Positions 1 to 9,667 of a stretch of 64,000 nt of DNA are shown here, piece by piece. The first letter of the stretch is position 1, and every line of letters begins with the position of its first letter. The stretch lies in contig OZ244213.1 of assembly GCA_965216905.1 (NCBI GenBank), positions 2,380,089 through 2,444,088 on the forward strand, written 5' to 3'. The notes beneath the pieces were generated by a model. It was not told the origin of the DNA and did no database searches. It saw nothing but the letters and a program-made list of their open reading frames with translations. Made by a program: the position numbers and the translations under genes. Origin of the DNA: Acidimicrobiia bacterium (GTDB taxonomy: Bacteria; Actinomycetota; Acidimicrobiia; Spongiisociales; ZC4RG35).

Positions 1-2243
1 GGCTGGGCGGAGTGGACCCCCAGCTCGGGCCGCCGGTGGCCGGCCAGGACCTGGCCCAGCGGGCGCGTCTGGCCGGGGGGAGAGTGATGGTGGCTCCATC
101 CTCCGAGGTCATCCACCGGGGCCGCTGTGTGGGTGGGCGACCTTCCTGGCGAGAACAGGCCGGTCGTATGCGGGCGATGCTCAAGGCGTACCGCCTCCCG
201 ACACTGGCGTGGGTGGTCCCGATCGGGTTCCTGCTCGGATTGGTCGATGGGATCGGACGCCTGCTGCTGGGTCGCATCCGCCCCTTGGTCGACCTGTTCA
301 TGGCCACGGGCTGGAACATCCTCAATCTGCCGAGCACCATCACCGCCCGTCGGCGGCTGGCCCCGGTCCGCCAGGCGGGAGACGAAGAACTGTTCCGCTA
401 CCAGGTCGGCGGGTCCGTACGCGTCCGCAGACTGGCAGCCGATTTCGGCGAGCGGTTTGGATGGATCGTCGACGACGAGCCTGGGGTCGTTTCCGAGGAT
501 CAGATGCAGCATGAGGGTTCGCTGGCGGGGCCCGTGGTGGCCGGTCTCGCCATCCTCGTCATCGGACTGGCCACCCGAGTGGTCTGGCTGTCGGCATCCA
601 ACGCCGTGGGCTACTGGCTCCCTCCGCATCCCGAGGCCGGGTCGGTGCTCGCCGGATATGCGGGGGGATGGAACCCGGCAGGGCTGGGGAGTCCGGAGTC
701 GCTTCACCCCTCGGCGGCCGTGGTCGCACTGGTCCAGTGGGTGTTGGGGGGCTGGCAGGGTGCCCTGCCGGTCGTGAGCTTCGTCTCCATCTTCGGTGGA
801 GGTCTGGGCGTATCGAGGCTGCTGAATCGGATCGGCGTCACCACCTCGGCCCGGCATCTGGCTGCGATCGTGTACATCCTGGGGCCCTTCGCGGGCCGTT
901 TCACGGCCGAGGCATACTGGCCTGGTCTGATGGCGCTCGGCGCCCTGCCATGGCTCGTCGATGCACTCGTCGTTCGGTGGCCGCTGGGGGGGCGAAGGCG
1001 GATCGGGCGCCTTGCCCAGATGGTGCTGTCGGCCGGTCTGGTGTCGGTCTTCCTTCCGGTGGGGACACTGGCGGGCGTCGTGGCGGCACTGCTGGGCGTC
1101 GTGATCCTCAAGCCGGTGACCTGGATCCGCGCCGTCGGCTGGTCGATGGTGGCAGCCGTGGTGGGTGCCGATCTCATCGCTCCCTATCTGCTGGGCGTTG
1201 CGCCCAACTCGATCACGGATTCGTCGATCGGCGTGACCATCTGGCCACATCCGGTGGCGCTGGCCATGGGGGCGGTGGCGGCCGTCGCCACCGTGCTGTT
1301 CGGATCGGCACGCGCATCGGCCGTTGCCGGCTGGGGAGCCGCGATGGTGGTCGTGCCGCTGGCCGTCTCGCGCTGGGCCGGTACCGGGGAGTTGCTGATG
1401 ACCTCGGTGGCGCTGGCATCGCTCGGACTGGCGATCGTCGTGGGCGCGGCCTTCGACATCGACCTCGAGCGCACCAGGATCTCGCTGGTGGCGCAAGCGC
1501 TCGGTGCGACCGCCGGGGCTGTCTTGGTGCTGGCGGCGATGGTGCCGGTGCCGGATGGTCGGGCAGGGATGCCGGACGATCGTTGGGGTGAGGCGTTGAC
1601 GTTTGCCGACGAATTGGTGGCCGGGACCACCGGCGAGCGGGTACTGATCATGGGCTCCCCGGATTCGATGCCGGGTGCGTACCGGGTCGGCAACGGGTAT
1701 GCCTACCGGTTGGTCGGGGGCGCGACGCCGACCCTGGATCAAGCGTGGCTCGCCTCGCCCCGGATCGGAGACCGGGCTCTGGCCGAGACGCTCAACCTCG
1801 TCGATGCATCGTCGGACGTACGCCCCGGTTCGACCCTGGCGGGCTTCGGTGTGCGGTGGGTGGTTGTCACCGACGGTGCGCCGCCGATCGAGTCGCTCCG
1901 CTCCCAGGTCGACCTGGCCGCACGGAACTTCGATCCGGGCATCGCGGTCTACGAGAATCTGGCCTTCCGCGGCCGAGTGACGACCGAGGGGCCGGCCTGG
2001 GAGGCCGAACGCGTCGGCGCGACCGGTCCGCCGGGACCCGGGCGGGTGCGACTCGCCGACAACGCCGACCCGGGGTGGAGCCCCGATTGGAACCAGCAGG
2101 AGTGGGCGAACGAACTCTCTGCGGCCGAGGGCGTGGTTTCCTTCCGGGCCGATGGGCTCCGGCGGGGCTTGGCCGTTGCATCGCTGGTCCTCATGCTGGC
2201 GGCGGCGGCCGCGGCATGGTGGGGGAGGGAGCAGCGCGCATGA
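1..2243 (+). CDS. 5'-partial gene: C-terminal end of a GT2-type glycosyltransferase domain fused to a roughly 650-aa polytopic membrane domain with a C-terminal TM helix
   Basis: Reading frame is open to window position 1 (no upstream stop). N-terminal visible residues (VMVAPSSEVIHRG) resemble the conserved a-x-V-x-H region near GT2 C-termini. At least 12 hydrophobic helices follow. The stop overlaps the next start (ATGA at 2240-2243). Confidence 0.6.
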   Translation, partial: LGGVDPQLGPPVAGQDLAQRARLAGGRVMVAPSSEVIHRGRCVGGRPSWREQAGRMRAMLKAYRLPTLAWVVPIGFLLGLVDGIGRLLLGRIRPLVDLFMATGWNILNLPSTITARRRLAPVRQAGDEELFRYQVGGSVRVRRLAADFGERFGWIVDDEPGVVSEDQMQHEGSLAGPVVAGLAILVIGLATRVVWLSASNAVGYWLPPHPEAGSVLAGYAGGWNPAGLGSPESLHPSAAVVALVQWVLGGWQGALPVVSFVSIFGGGLGVSRLLNRIGVTTSARHLAAIVYILGPFAGRFTAEAYWPGLMALGALPWLVDALVVRWPLGGRRRIGRLAQMVLSAGLVSVFLPVGTLAGVVAALLGVVILKPVTWIRAVGWSMVAAVVGADLIAPYLLGVAPNSITDSSIGVTIWPHPVALAMGAVAAVATVLFGSARASAVAGWGAAMVVVPLAVSRWAGTGELLMTSVALASLGLAIVVGAAFDIDLERTRISLVAQALGATAGAVLVLAAMVPVPDGRAGMPDDRWGEALTFADELVAGTTGERVLIMGSPDSMPGAYRVGNGYAYRLVGGATPTLDQAWLASPRIGDRALAETLNLVDASSDVRPGSTLAGFGVRWVVVTDGAPPIESLRSQVDLAARNFDPGIAVYENLAFRGRVTTEGPAWEAERVGATGPPGPGRVRLADNADPGWSPDWNQQEWANELSAAEGVVSFRADGLRRGLAVASLVLMLAAAAAAWWGREQRA

Positions 2244-3535
2244 TCCGCCGACTGGTCATCGTGGCGGTGCTCGCCGGCCTGGCTGCAACGGCGGTCGCGG
2301 TGCGTCAGCCGGCTCTCCCGCCGGCGCTGGGAGACACGGTCGATCCGGCGCCACCTCGCCATCGGGCCTGTATCGCCACCTTCGAACGTGGCGCGTCCGC
2401 CTCGATCCAGGTCGGCTCCGTGGTGCGAGGGCCGGTGGAGGCCGGTCTGGTGGCCGGTCTCGGGTCGACGGAACCGGTGGTGGGCGAGATCGACGATGCC
2501 GGTGGATCGCGCTTCGGCCTGGACGAGTTGGGCGCGGCGGGAGCGGTCGGCGTGCTCGTCGAGTTGCCATCGATCGATGCTGCAGCCGGCGCCTCGGGTA
2601 TCGGTGCCGGCGGGTTGTGGGCGACGACGTGCACCCCGCCGGCGACTCGCAGCATTGCAATCGCCGGAGGTTCCACCGGTACTGGTGAGACGCTCGACCT
2701 GGTCATCTCGAACCCATACGCGCAAGACGCGGTTGTCGAGGTGGTCGGAAGCAGCGAGGTCGGGGTGGACTCGGCGTCGTCGCTCGAGGAGATCATCGTG
2801 CCGGCCCGGACCACCGTGAGTCGAAGTCTCGATGCCGAGCTCGATCTCCGCCGTTCGCTGACCACCAGACTGGTGGTGACCAGGGGAGCGATCCATGCAG
2901 CCTATGTGCAACGGGCGGACGGAGATGTCGCGATCATCGAAGGAGTGGAGCCTTCGGCGGACTGGTGGCTGCCGATCATCCCGATCGAAGAGACGACCAC
3001 GCATCGGATCACCGTGGTCAGCGACTCGGCCCAACCGGTGAGCGTCCAGATCGATCGGTATACGGCCGAGGGCGTCGAGGAGGCGGTCCGCTCGTTCTCG
3101 ATCGAACCGATGATGCAGATCGACATTCCAGCCGAGGAGTTCGGTGAACCACCCCTGGGCCTGCGTATCTCGGCCGATGGTCCGATCGCGGTGACGATGG
3201 TGGCTGCCGGCGAGGGGGTTCGATCGGGATCGCCCGCCCTCCCGGCCATCGGGACGGACTGGCTCGTGCCCGGCGCCGGCGACATCGGGGGAGCGGTGTG
3301 GGTGACCAATCCGGGAGACGTGGCCGCCGAGTTGGTCCTGCAACCGCTGGCTCCGGACACGCCGGCGAGAGCGGCCACCGTCGAGCCCGGCGAGACGGCC
3401 CGCATCAGCATCGATCGGCTGGGGAGCGGGCACCTCGTCCGGTCGACCTCGCCGGTGGTGATGTTGTGGTCCAGCGGAGGTCCCGACGGTCGCACGTTGG
3501 CGGCACCTGCGCTGATCGACGCCGGCGACCGATGA
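2240..3535 (+). CDS. membrane-anchored hypothetical protein (N-terminal TM anchor plus about 400-aa extracytoplasmic domain)
   Basis: ATG at 2240 overlaps the upstream stop. An N-terminal hydrophobic segment MIRRLVIVAVLAGLAATAVAV is followed by a soluble domain. Translationally coupled at both ends. Confidence 0.55.
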   Translation: MIRRLVIVAVLAGLAATAVAVRQPALPPALGDTVDPAPPRHRACIATFERGASASIQVGSVVRGPVEAGLVAGLGSTEPVVGEIDDAGGSRFGLDELGAAGAVGVLVELPSIDAAAGASGIGAGGLWATTCTPPATRSIAIAGGSTGTGETLDLVISNPYAQDAVVEVVGSSEVGVDSASSLEEIIVPARTTVSRSLDAELDLRRSLTTRLVVTRGAIHAAYVQRADGDVAIIEGVEPSADWWLPIIPIEETTTHRITVVSDSAQPVSVQIDRYTAEGVEEAVRSFSIEPMMQIDIPAEEFGEPPLGLRISADGPIAVTMVAAGEGVRSGSPALPAIGTDWLVPGAGDIGGAVWVTNPGDVAAELVLQPLAPDTPARAATVEPGETARISIDRLGSGHLVRSTSPVVMLWSSGGPDGRTLAAPALIDAGDR

Positions 3536-3912
3536 CCGAGCGGATCGTCGTGGTGGCGGTCGTCGCCATCCTCGCCATTCTGGGCTCCTTGGTGTTCCGG
3601 ACAGGAACCTTGGTGGCTCGGCGCGAGTACCGGGGGCCCGGGCAGCCCGGCTCCATGGTGCTGTATGCGTCGAGCCGATGTGCCGGTTGCGGCATGTTCG
3701 AGGCTCGGTTGCGCGACATCGGTGCTTCCTACCGGCGGATGGATTGGGAGGCACATCCGGAGGCATTCGCAGACGCCGGGATCGAACGGGTGCCCACCCT
3801 GGTCGTGTTCCCGGAGGACGACGGCGAGCCGTGGATGGTGAGTGGTCTTCCGTCGACCTCCCGGCTGCGCCGCTGGTTGGGCGAGCCACCTTCGGCGGGT
3901 GGCCGCGGCTGA
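3532..3912 (+). CDS. membrane-anchored thioredoxin-fold protein with CxxC (CAGC) motif
   Basis: ATGA overlap with the upstream gene. N-terminal TM helix. SSRCAGCGMFE motif followed by a VPTLVVF motif typical of thioredoxin/glutaredoxin folds. Confidence 0.55.
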   Translation: MTERIVVVAVVAILAILGSLVFRTGTLVARREYRGPGQPGSMVLYASSRCAGCGMFEARLRDIGASYRRMDWEAHPEAFADAGIERVPTLVVFPEDDGEPWMVSGLPSTSRLRRWLGEPPSAGGRG

Positions 3913-3998
3913 ACCGAACCATGCCGATCGTGGCTCGGCGCTCGGTGTCGCCGGGTGGGGTCCTTGTATGGAGGTGGCGTAATTTCTACCGTGTCGGC

Positions 3999-4229
3999 AT
4001 GATCACGTGCGTTCGATGCTCATCCCCGGCTGCGGCCGTCATGACGTTCCGGTACTCGGACCGGGCGGTCTGGCTCCTGGAGTTGGACAAGCGCCCCGAT
4101 GACGGCGACGGGTACTCGCTGTGCACGTCCCACGCCGACCGCCTCACCCCGCCCCTGGGCTGGACATTGACCGATCGCCGGAATGTGACCGGACTGTTCT
4201 CACCTGCTTCGAGTACCGAAGTGGCATGA
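3999..4229 (+). CDS. DUF3499-family protein
   Basis: The MITCVRCSSPAAAVMTFRYSDRAVWL...LCTSHADRLTPPLGW pattern matches the actinobacteria-specific DUF3499 family, which is classically linked to manB loci. Confidence 0.65.
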   Translation: MITCVRCSSPAAAVMTFRYSDRAVWLLELDKRPDDGDGYSLCTSHADRLTPPLGWTLTDRRNVTGLFSPASSTEVA

Positions 4230-4495
4230 GCCTCGACCGGGACCTCATCGAGGCCGTGCGCGACCTCGACGAGCCCGGGCTCCGGAGGCTGTACATCTTG
4301 GCGCGAGCCAAGCTCGAGCGAGTCGGTGTGCTCGACCGGGAGGAACACCCGGTGCGGCTTCGGGAGCGACTCGTCAAGTGTGGGAAAGCCGGCTGTACTC
4401 GGTGCCCACACGGTCCCTATTGGTACGCCTACTGGACCGAGGATGGGAGACGCCGCTCCCGCTACATCGGCAGACTCTTGGACGAGGACGGCTGA
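4226..4495 (+). CDS. small Cys-rich (zinc-ribbon-like) protein, 89 aa
   Basis: ATGA overlap with the DUF3499 stop. C-terminal CGKAGCTRCPHGPYWYAYW motif (C-x4-C-x2-C-x-H). Confidence 0.5.
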   Translation: MSLDRDLIEAVRDLDEPGLRRLYILARAKLERVGVLDREEHPVRLRERLVKCGKAGCTRCPHGPYWYAYWTEDGRRRSRYIGRLLDEDG

Positions 4496-4565
4496 GTACG
4501 CGCTATCCGTGATCGGACGAGTAGCATGCGCCCTCGAGTACGCGATCGCTCCCAGCGGTGACAGC

Positions 4566-4739
4566 ATGGACTGCCCCAAGTGTGGCGCAGAAGACGTCAT
4601 TGAGATCAAGAACAAGGTCGACGACATCGAGATCGACTTCTTTTCGTGCTACCGATGTGAGCAGAAGTGGTGGGACCGAGAAGGCAATCCCGTCACACTG
4701 CGTGAGGTCCTCGACCTCGCCCGGCGCCTGGAGACCTGA
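4566..4739 (+). CDS. small zinc-ribbon protein, 57 aa (CPKC...CYRC)
   Basis: Internal ATG of track ORF 4326..4739. Two CxxC pairs spaced 20 aa apart. Locally lower GC than surroundings. Confidence 0.45.
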   Translation: MDCPKCGAEDVIEIKNKVDDIEIDFFSCYRCEQKWWDREGNPVTLREVLDLARRLET

Positions 4740-4748
4740 CCTCCCGAC

Positions 4749-7496
4749 ATGGCACCCCCGACCGTGAGGTCGTCGGTTCCCACCCGGCGATACGCCTACC
4801 TGCCAACCATTCTCGTCTTCGGGGCCAGCCTGATCGTGCTGGCGGTCTTGAACCCGCAGCTGCTGCTCACCGCCAACACCCCGACCGGCGGGGACATGGG
4901 CGCCCATGTGCTCGGCCCGGCGTACCTCCGGGATGTGCTGCTGCCGCAGGGTCGTGTCCTCGGCTGGTCCGATTCCTGGTTCGCGGGATTTCCGGTGTTC
5001 TACTTCTACTTCCCGCTGCCCTCGTTGGTGATCGTCGCGCTCGACGTGTTCCTGCCATACGGCGTCGCCTTCAAGATCGTCACGGCGCTCGGTTTGGTGG
5101 CGTTGCCGCCGGCGACGGCGTTCATGGTGCGGAGCTTCGGGGCATCCCGTCAACTGGCGGCCGTGGCGGCGGCCGGTGCGGCAGCGTTCGCGCTGATGGA
5201 GAGCTTCACGATCTATGGCGGGAACGTCGCTTCCACCATGGCCGGCGAGTTTTCCTATTCCTGGTCGTTCTCGTTGGGAATGGTGTATTTCGGGTTGCTT
5301 GCCCGCGCCATCGAAGACCGCCGTTGGGTGAAGCATGCCGGCGTCGTGCTCGCCCTCACGGCCCTGTCACACATCCTCACCACCATCGTCATCGTCCTCG
5401 CCTCGATCCCGGTTCTCTTTCGGCGGCGAGCCGCCCTGCCCACGGTTGGCACCTGGACCTTGGGTTTCGCCATCGCCGGCTTCTGGGCGGTCCCGCTCCT
5501 GGCACGCATCGGGTTGACGGCCGACATGGGTTGGAATCCGTTGAGCCGCCTCGAAGAGATCCTTCCGATCGAGTTGTGGCTCCCGCTGCCGCTCGCCGTC
5601 GCCGGCATGGTCGTCTTCGTTCGACGGTATCGCGGAGCGCTGCCCGTGATGGTGGCGACGCTGCTCCCGTTGGTGTACTTCCCGCTTCCCCGGCTGATGC
5701 CACTGGTGATCCCGTCGCTGGGTGAGGGGCATTGGAAACTCTGGAACGGGCGCCTCCTGCCGTACTGGTACTTCGGCATCAACCTCTTCGCCGCGCTGGC
5801 CGTGGGTATGGCGGCTGGGTGGCTGGCTCGCCGGTTACCGGAGCGGCTCTCGCCGTGGTGGTCTCGAGGACTGGTGGCGATGCTGGGGGTGGCGCTGGGT
5901 TGGTTGATCGTGTTCCGGGATGCACCCACTTACGCGGGCTGGCTGATCGGCGGACTCGGTGTCGTCGCCGCCGCCGGTCTGTGGCTCGCCGATCAGCGTC
6001 CGATCGCTACCCGCAACCTGCTGGCAACCGTGGCCGTGGTCGTGATCGGTGTCGGAGCGCTGTCGGGCACCAACTTCGTGTACAAGTGGGCGCGTTGGAA
6101 CTACTCGGGTTACGAGGGCAAGCAGACGTTCGCCGAGTACGAGGGGCTCATGCAGGAGGTCGCGGTACTCCCGGCAGGACGGATTCAATGGGAGCAGGAC
6201 AGCACCGAGGGCACCGGTCTGAACAAGTACGGGACCCCGATGGCGCCGATGCTGTATCCGTACTGGACCGACTGGAGCCACCCGTCGATGGAGGGTCTGT
6301 TCTTCGAGTCGTCCCTCACGACGCCGTTCATGTTCCTGGCATCGAACGAGATGAGTCTCAATGGGTCGACCCCGGTATCGGGGCTCGACTACCACGGCTT
6401 CGACTTCGATCGTGGAGTCGAGCACATGAAGCTGTACGGGGTTCGCTACTACGTGTCGTATTCCTCGGAGGCTGCCGCCAAGGCGCGGAGCCGCGCCGAC
6501 CTTCGTCTCGTGGCCGCCACCCCCGACCCGCCGCCGGTCGCCGACCAGCCACGGATCGAGCCGGTCGAGTTCCAACCGGTCGTCCTCCAGACGAACGACG
6601 CCAATGGCGCCGATGGGCTTCCACTGGCGGTCGATGGCCCGGAGGAGTGGGCGCGCGTTCAGGCTGCGACCGAGGCGGAGCGGATCCCGACCGGATTCGG
6701 CCCGGATGCCGCCGGAGCCGTGCAGGTCGAGCGAGGGGAGGAATCGACCACGGTCACCTTCGAGACCGTCGCCGTGGGCATTCCGCACCTCGTGGAGGTT
6801 CCGCACAGCCCCAACTGGGGTCTGGCCGGCGCCGAGGGGCCGTACGAAGCGTTCGGCTCGGGCATGTACATCGTGCCCACCCAGGAGGCCGTCACCATCG
6901 AGTTCATTCCGACGTTCTCGGTGTTCGAACTCGATGAGCACCATCTGGTCGAGCCCGCCCGCCGGATGCCGTCTGTGTTCGAAGCCGGCCCGCCGGACGA
7001 AGGTGAGGAGGTGGCGAAATCGTTCGACGATTTCGCGTTCGATTGGTATGGGTCGATTGAGACCCTGGATCGGCCCGTGGTCGCCGACGGACCGGCCGGC
7101 TGGCCGAGGGCGTCGAGTGTTGCCGAGCTGCCGGATGTCGCCACCGGGGCATCCCCGGAGGACGTCTCCGAGGTTGAGTTCTCGAGCGACCGGATCTCGT
7201 TCACGACCGAAGCGGTCGGGGTGCCCCACGTCGTGAAGATGTCGTACTTCCCGAACTGGAAGGCGTCCGGAGCAGAAGGCCCCTACCGGGTCACCCCCAC
7301 GCTGATGATGGTGGTCCCGTCCGAGCCGGAAGTCGTACTCGAGTTCCGAGCCACCTGGGCGGAGGTGGTGGGGAATCTGCTCACCGTCGGTGGCGTGGTG
7401 ACGGCTGCCGCGTTGTTCTGGTCAGCCCGCCGACGACAGGACCTGGCGGATCCTCAAGAGGCCGCGGAGGGTGCGGGGAACGCGCTTCACGAGTGA
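4749..7496 (+). CDS. large polytopic membrane protein (about 13 N-terminal TM helices, about 450-aa extracytoplasmic domain, terminal C-terminal TM), candidate GT-C-type membrane glycosyltransferase
   Basis: 915-aa ORF. Hydropathy pattern resembles YfhO/GT-C-like glycosyltransferases. Adjacent to GT2 and manB. Confidence 0.6.
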   Translation: MAPPTVRSSVPTRRYAYLPTILVFGASLIVLAVLNPQLLLTANTPTGGDMGAHVLGPAYLRDVLLPQGRVLGWSDSWFAGFPVFYFYFPLPSLVIVALDVFLPYGVAFKIVTALGLVALPPATAFMVRSFGASRQLAAVAAAGAAAFALMESFTIYGGNVASTMAGEFSYSWSFSLGMVYFGLLARAIEDRRWVKHAGVVLALTALSHILTTIVIVLASIPVLFRRRAALPTVGTWTLGFAIAGFWAVPLLARIGLTADMGWNPLSRLEEILPIELWLPLPLAVAGMVVFVRRYRGALPVMVATLLPLVYFPLPRLMPLVIPSLGEGHWKLWNGRLLPYWYFGINLFAALAVGMAAGWLARRLPERLSPWWSRGLVAMLGVALGWLIVFRDAPTYAGWLIGGLGVVAAAGLWLADQRPIATRNLLATVAVVVIGVGALSGTNFVYKWARWNYSGYEGKQTFAEYEGLMQEVAVLPAGRIQWEQDSTEGTGLNKYGTPMAPMLYPYWTDWSHPSMEGLFFESSLTTPFMFLASNEMSLNGSTPVSGLDYHGFDFDRGVEHMKLYGVRYYVSYSSEAAAKARSRADLRLVAATPDPPPVADQPRIEPVEFQPVVLQTNDANGADGLPLAVDGPEEWARVQAATEAERIPTGFGPDAAGAVQVERGEESTTVTFETVAVGIPHLVEVPHSPNWGLAGAEGPYEAFGSGMYIVPTQEAVTIEFIPTFSVFELDEHHLVEPARRMPSVFEAGPPDEGEEVAKSFDDFAFDWYGSIETLDRPVVADGPAGWPRASSVAELPDVATGASPEDVSEVEFSSDRISFTTEAVGVPHVVKMSYFPNWKASGAEGPYRVTPTLMMVVPSEPEVVLEFRATWAEVVGNLLTVGGVVTAAALFWSARRRQDLADPQEAAEGAGNALHE

Positions 7497-8213
7497 CGAG
7501 CGCGCTGGGCGCAGCTCCTCCACCACCACCGGGACCTCGACGATGCGGGCCCCGGATCGTTCGGCTCGGATCACCAACTCCGTGTCGAAGAGATCCTGGC
7601 GGCTGATGACTTCGGGGACATGTCGATCAACGATCTCACGGCTGAAGGCCTTGATGCCGTGGGTATCCGACACGCCGCTGCGGAGGAGGCTGCGCAGCAG
7701 GAGACTGAACACCAGGGTCGCCAGGCGCCGGATCGGCGGTCTGCGATCCTCCGATCCTGGATTGCGTTTGGAGGCGATGATCACATCGGCGGTGCCGTCG
7801 AGATCTTCCAGAAAGCGCTGCGAGAAGTAGTCCACGTCGAACATCACCACCCAGTGGCCCCGGGCCGCCAGCATGCCGTGGCGGACCGCAGCGCCATAGT
7901 CGGCCTCGGCGAGACTCAGCACGACCGCCCGATCCCCCGCCACGGCGGCACAGACCTGGCCGGTTCCGTCGGTGGAGCCGTTCTCCACGATGATCACTTC
8001 GGCGGACTCGACAGCATCTTCCACCGCGTCGAGGAGCACCGGCAGGCCCTCCGGGATGAAGTCGGCTTCGTCGTGGACCGGGACGACGATCGAGACGTCG
8101 GGGACCCGCTCCGCCGAAGCGCGGTCACCGGGCGCTGCTCCGCCTTGGGTCGCGGCAGACACCGCCGCATCCGTGCGACGGGGAGGCGCGTGTGGTCGAT
8201 CCTCCGGCGACAT
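7422..8213 (-). CDS. GT2-family glycosyltransferase (polyprenyl-phosphate sugar synthase-like)
   Basis: VSIVVPVHDEADFIPEGL...VIIVENGSTDGT motifs typical of DPM1/CsbB-like GT2 enzymes. The 3' end overlaps the convergent membrane-protein gene by 75 bp. Confidence 0.75.
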   Translation of the reverse strand: MSPEDRPHAPPRRTDAAVSAATQGGAAPGDRASAERVPDVSIVVPVHDEADFIPEGLPVLLDAVEDAVESAEVIIVENGSTDGTGQVCAAVAGDRAVVLSLAEADYGAAVRHGMLAARGHWVVMFDVDYFSQRFLEDLDGTADVIIASKRNPGSEDRRPPIRRLATLVFSLLLRSLLRSGVSDTHGIKAFSREIVDRHVPEVISRQDLFDTELVIRAERSGARIVEVPVVVEELRPARSSLVKRVPRTLRGLLRIRQVLSSAG

Positions 8214-8296
8214 TCCGGCGAGTCTACGGGGATGGCAGGACGTCGACGCCCACCGCCCCCTGGTTTCCGGCCCGACCGGCCGTAGACTCTCGGCGG

Positions 8297-9667
8297 ATGC
8301 AGCCGACGTCCGACCAGCTCTCGAATTCTCATCTCGATCGCGTCTTCAAGGCATACGACATCCGGGGGCGCACCGACACCGGCGACCTCTCCGTCGAGAT
8401 CGTTCGCGCTGTCGGCGAAGCGTTCGCGGTGCTGGTCGATGCTCCGGTGGTGGCGGTCGGCCGGGACTGCCGTGCGTCGTCACCGGAACTGGCCGAGGCG
8501 CTCATCGAAGGGGTCCGGAGCAGAGGCGTGGATGTGCTCGACCTGGGGGAGGTGGCGACCGACATGGTGTATTACGTCTCGGGAGCCGAGCACCTGCCAG
8601 GAGCAATGGTGACGGCGTCCCACAACCCCGCCGAGTACAACGGGATCAAGCTCTGCCGAGCCGGAGCCGCGCCGATCGGATCCGACACCGGGTTGCGTCG
8701 GATTCGAAGGATGGTGGAGGAGGGTCTGGCACCGAGCGAAGCGGACGCGGGCTCGGTCCGGTCGCACCGGCCGGCCGCCGGCTACATCGATCACCTGATG
8801 GGGGTCATCGATCCCTCACGGGTCGCCCCCCTGACCGTGGCGGTCGATGGCGGCAACGGTATGGCCGGGGTCGTCATCGAGGATGTCTTCGACCGCCTCC
8901 CGGCGGAACTGGTGGGGCTCTACCTCGAGCCGGACGGCTCGTTCCCGAACCATCCTGCCGACCCGCTCCAGCCCGACAATCTCCGTGACCTCGTCGAACT
9001 GATACGCCGCATCCGGCCGGACCTCGGGGTGGCCTTCGACGGCGACGCCGACCGGGCGTTCTTCATCGATGATCTCGGTGTTCCGCTGTCGGGCAGCACC
9101 ACCACTGCCCTGATCGCGCGATGGTTCCTCGAGCGCGAGCCGGGCGCCGGTGTGGTTCACAACCTCATCACGTCGCGGGCGGTTCCCGAGACGATCCGAG
9201 AGGCCGGGGGCCATCCGATCCGCACCCGGGTCGGTCACTCCTTCATCAAGCAGGTGATGGCCGAGACCGGTGCGGTGTTCGGTGGGGAACACTCCGGTCA
9301 CTACTACTTCGCCGCCAACTACCGGGCCGACTCCGGGATGCTGGCGATGCTGGTCCTGCTGCAGGTGCTGTCCGAGGATGGCCGGCCGCTGTCGGTGCTT
9401 CGCACCGAGGTGGAGCCGTACACAGCCTCGGGAGAGATCAACCTCGAGGTGGCCGACATCCCGCGAGCGATCGACGCAGTCCGGCGCGCGTTTCCCGATG
9501 CCACCGCCGACGAGCTCGACGGCCTCACCCTGGAGTGGCCCGATCACTGGTTCAATCTCCGGCCCTCGAACACCGAACCACTGCTCCGGTTGAACGTCGA
9601 GGCTCTTGACCCCGAGACCGTCGAGGCGCTGGTCGTGCGGGTACGCGATATCGTTGGTGACGCATGA
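8297..9667 (+). CDS. manB: phosphomannomutase/phosphoglucomutase
   Basis: Internal ATG (MQPTSDQL...) of track ORF 8192..9667. Alpha-D-phosphohexomutase motifs (TASHNP, GSDTG-like loop) are present. Confidence 0.85.
   Translation: MQPTSDQLSNSHLDRVFKAYDIRGRTDTGDLSVEIVRAVGEAFAVLVDAPVVAVGRDCRASSPELAEALIEGVRSRGVDVLDLGEVATDMVYYVSGAEHLPGAMVTASHNPAEYNGIKLCRAGAAPIGSDTGLRRIRRMVEEGLAPSEADAGSVRSHRPAAGYIDHLMGVIDPSRVAPLTVAVDGGNGMAGVVIEDVFDRLPAELVGLYLEPDGSFPNHPADPLQPDNLRDLVELIRRIRPDLGVAFDGDADRAFFIDDLGVPLSGSTTTALIARWFLEREPGAGVVHNLITSRAVPETIREAGGHPIRTRVGHSFIKQVMAETGAVFGGEHSGHYYFAANYRADSGMLAMLVLLQVLSEDGRPLSVLRTEVEPYTASGEINLEVADIPRAIDAVRRAFPDATADELDGLTLEWPDHWFNLRPSNTEPLLRLNVEALDPETVEALVVRVRDIVGDA

Noticed and set aside
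1949-3922. 657-aa minus-strand ORF (Arg/Pro-rich) antisense to the membrane-anchored protein genes
   Set aside because: Arg/Pro/Gly-rich low-complexity translation typical of the antisense frame in roughly 70% GC DNA; no domain signals; fully overlapped by better-supported plus-strand genes.
5835-7229. 464-aa minus-strand ORF inside the giant membrane protein gene; similar long shadow ORFs occur at 16172..17533, 37840..39375, 39521..40975, 48396..50966, 50833..52368, 55792..57648 and 62630..63928
   Set aside because: All overlap strongly supported genes on the other strand or in another frame, have Arg/Gly/Pro-biased composition, and lack motifs.
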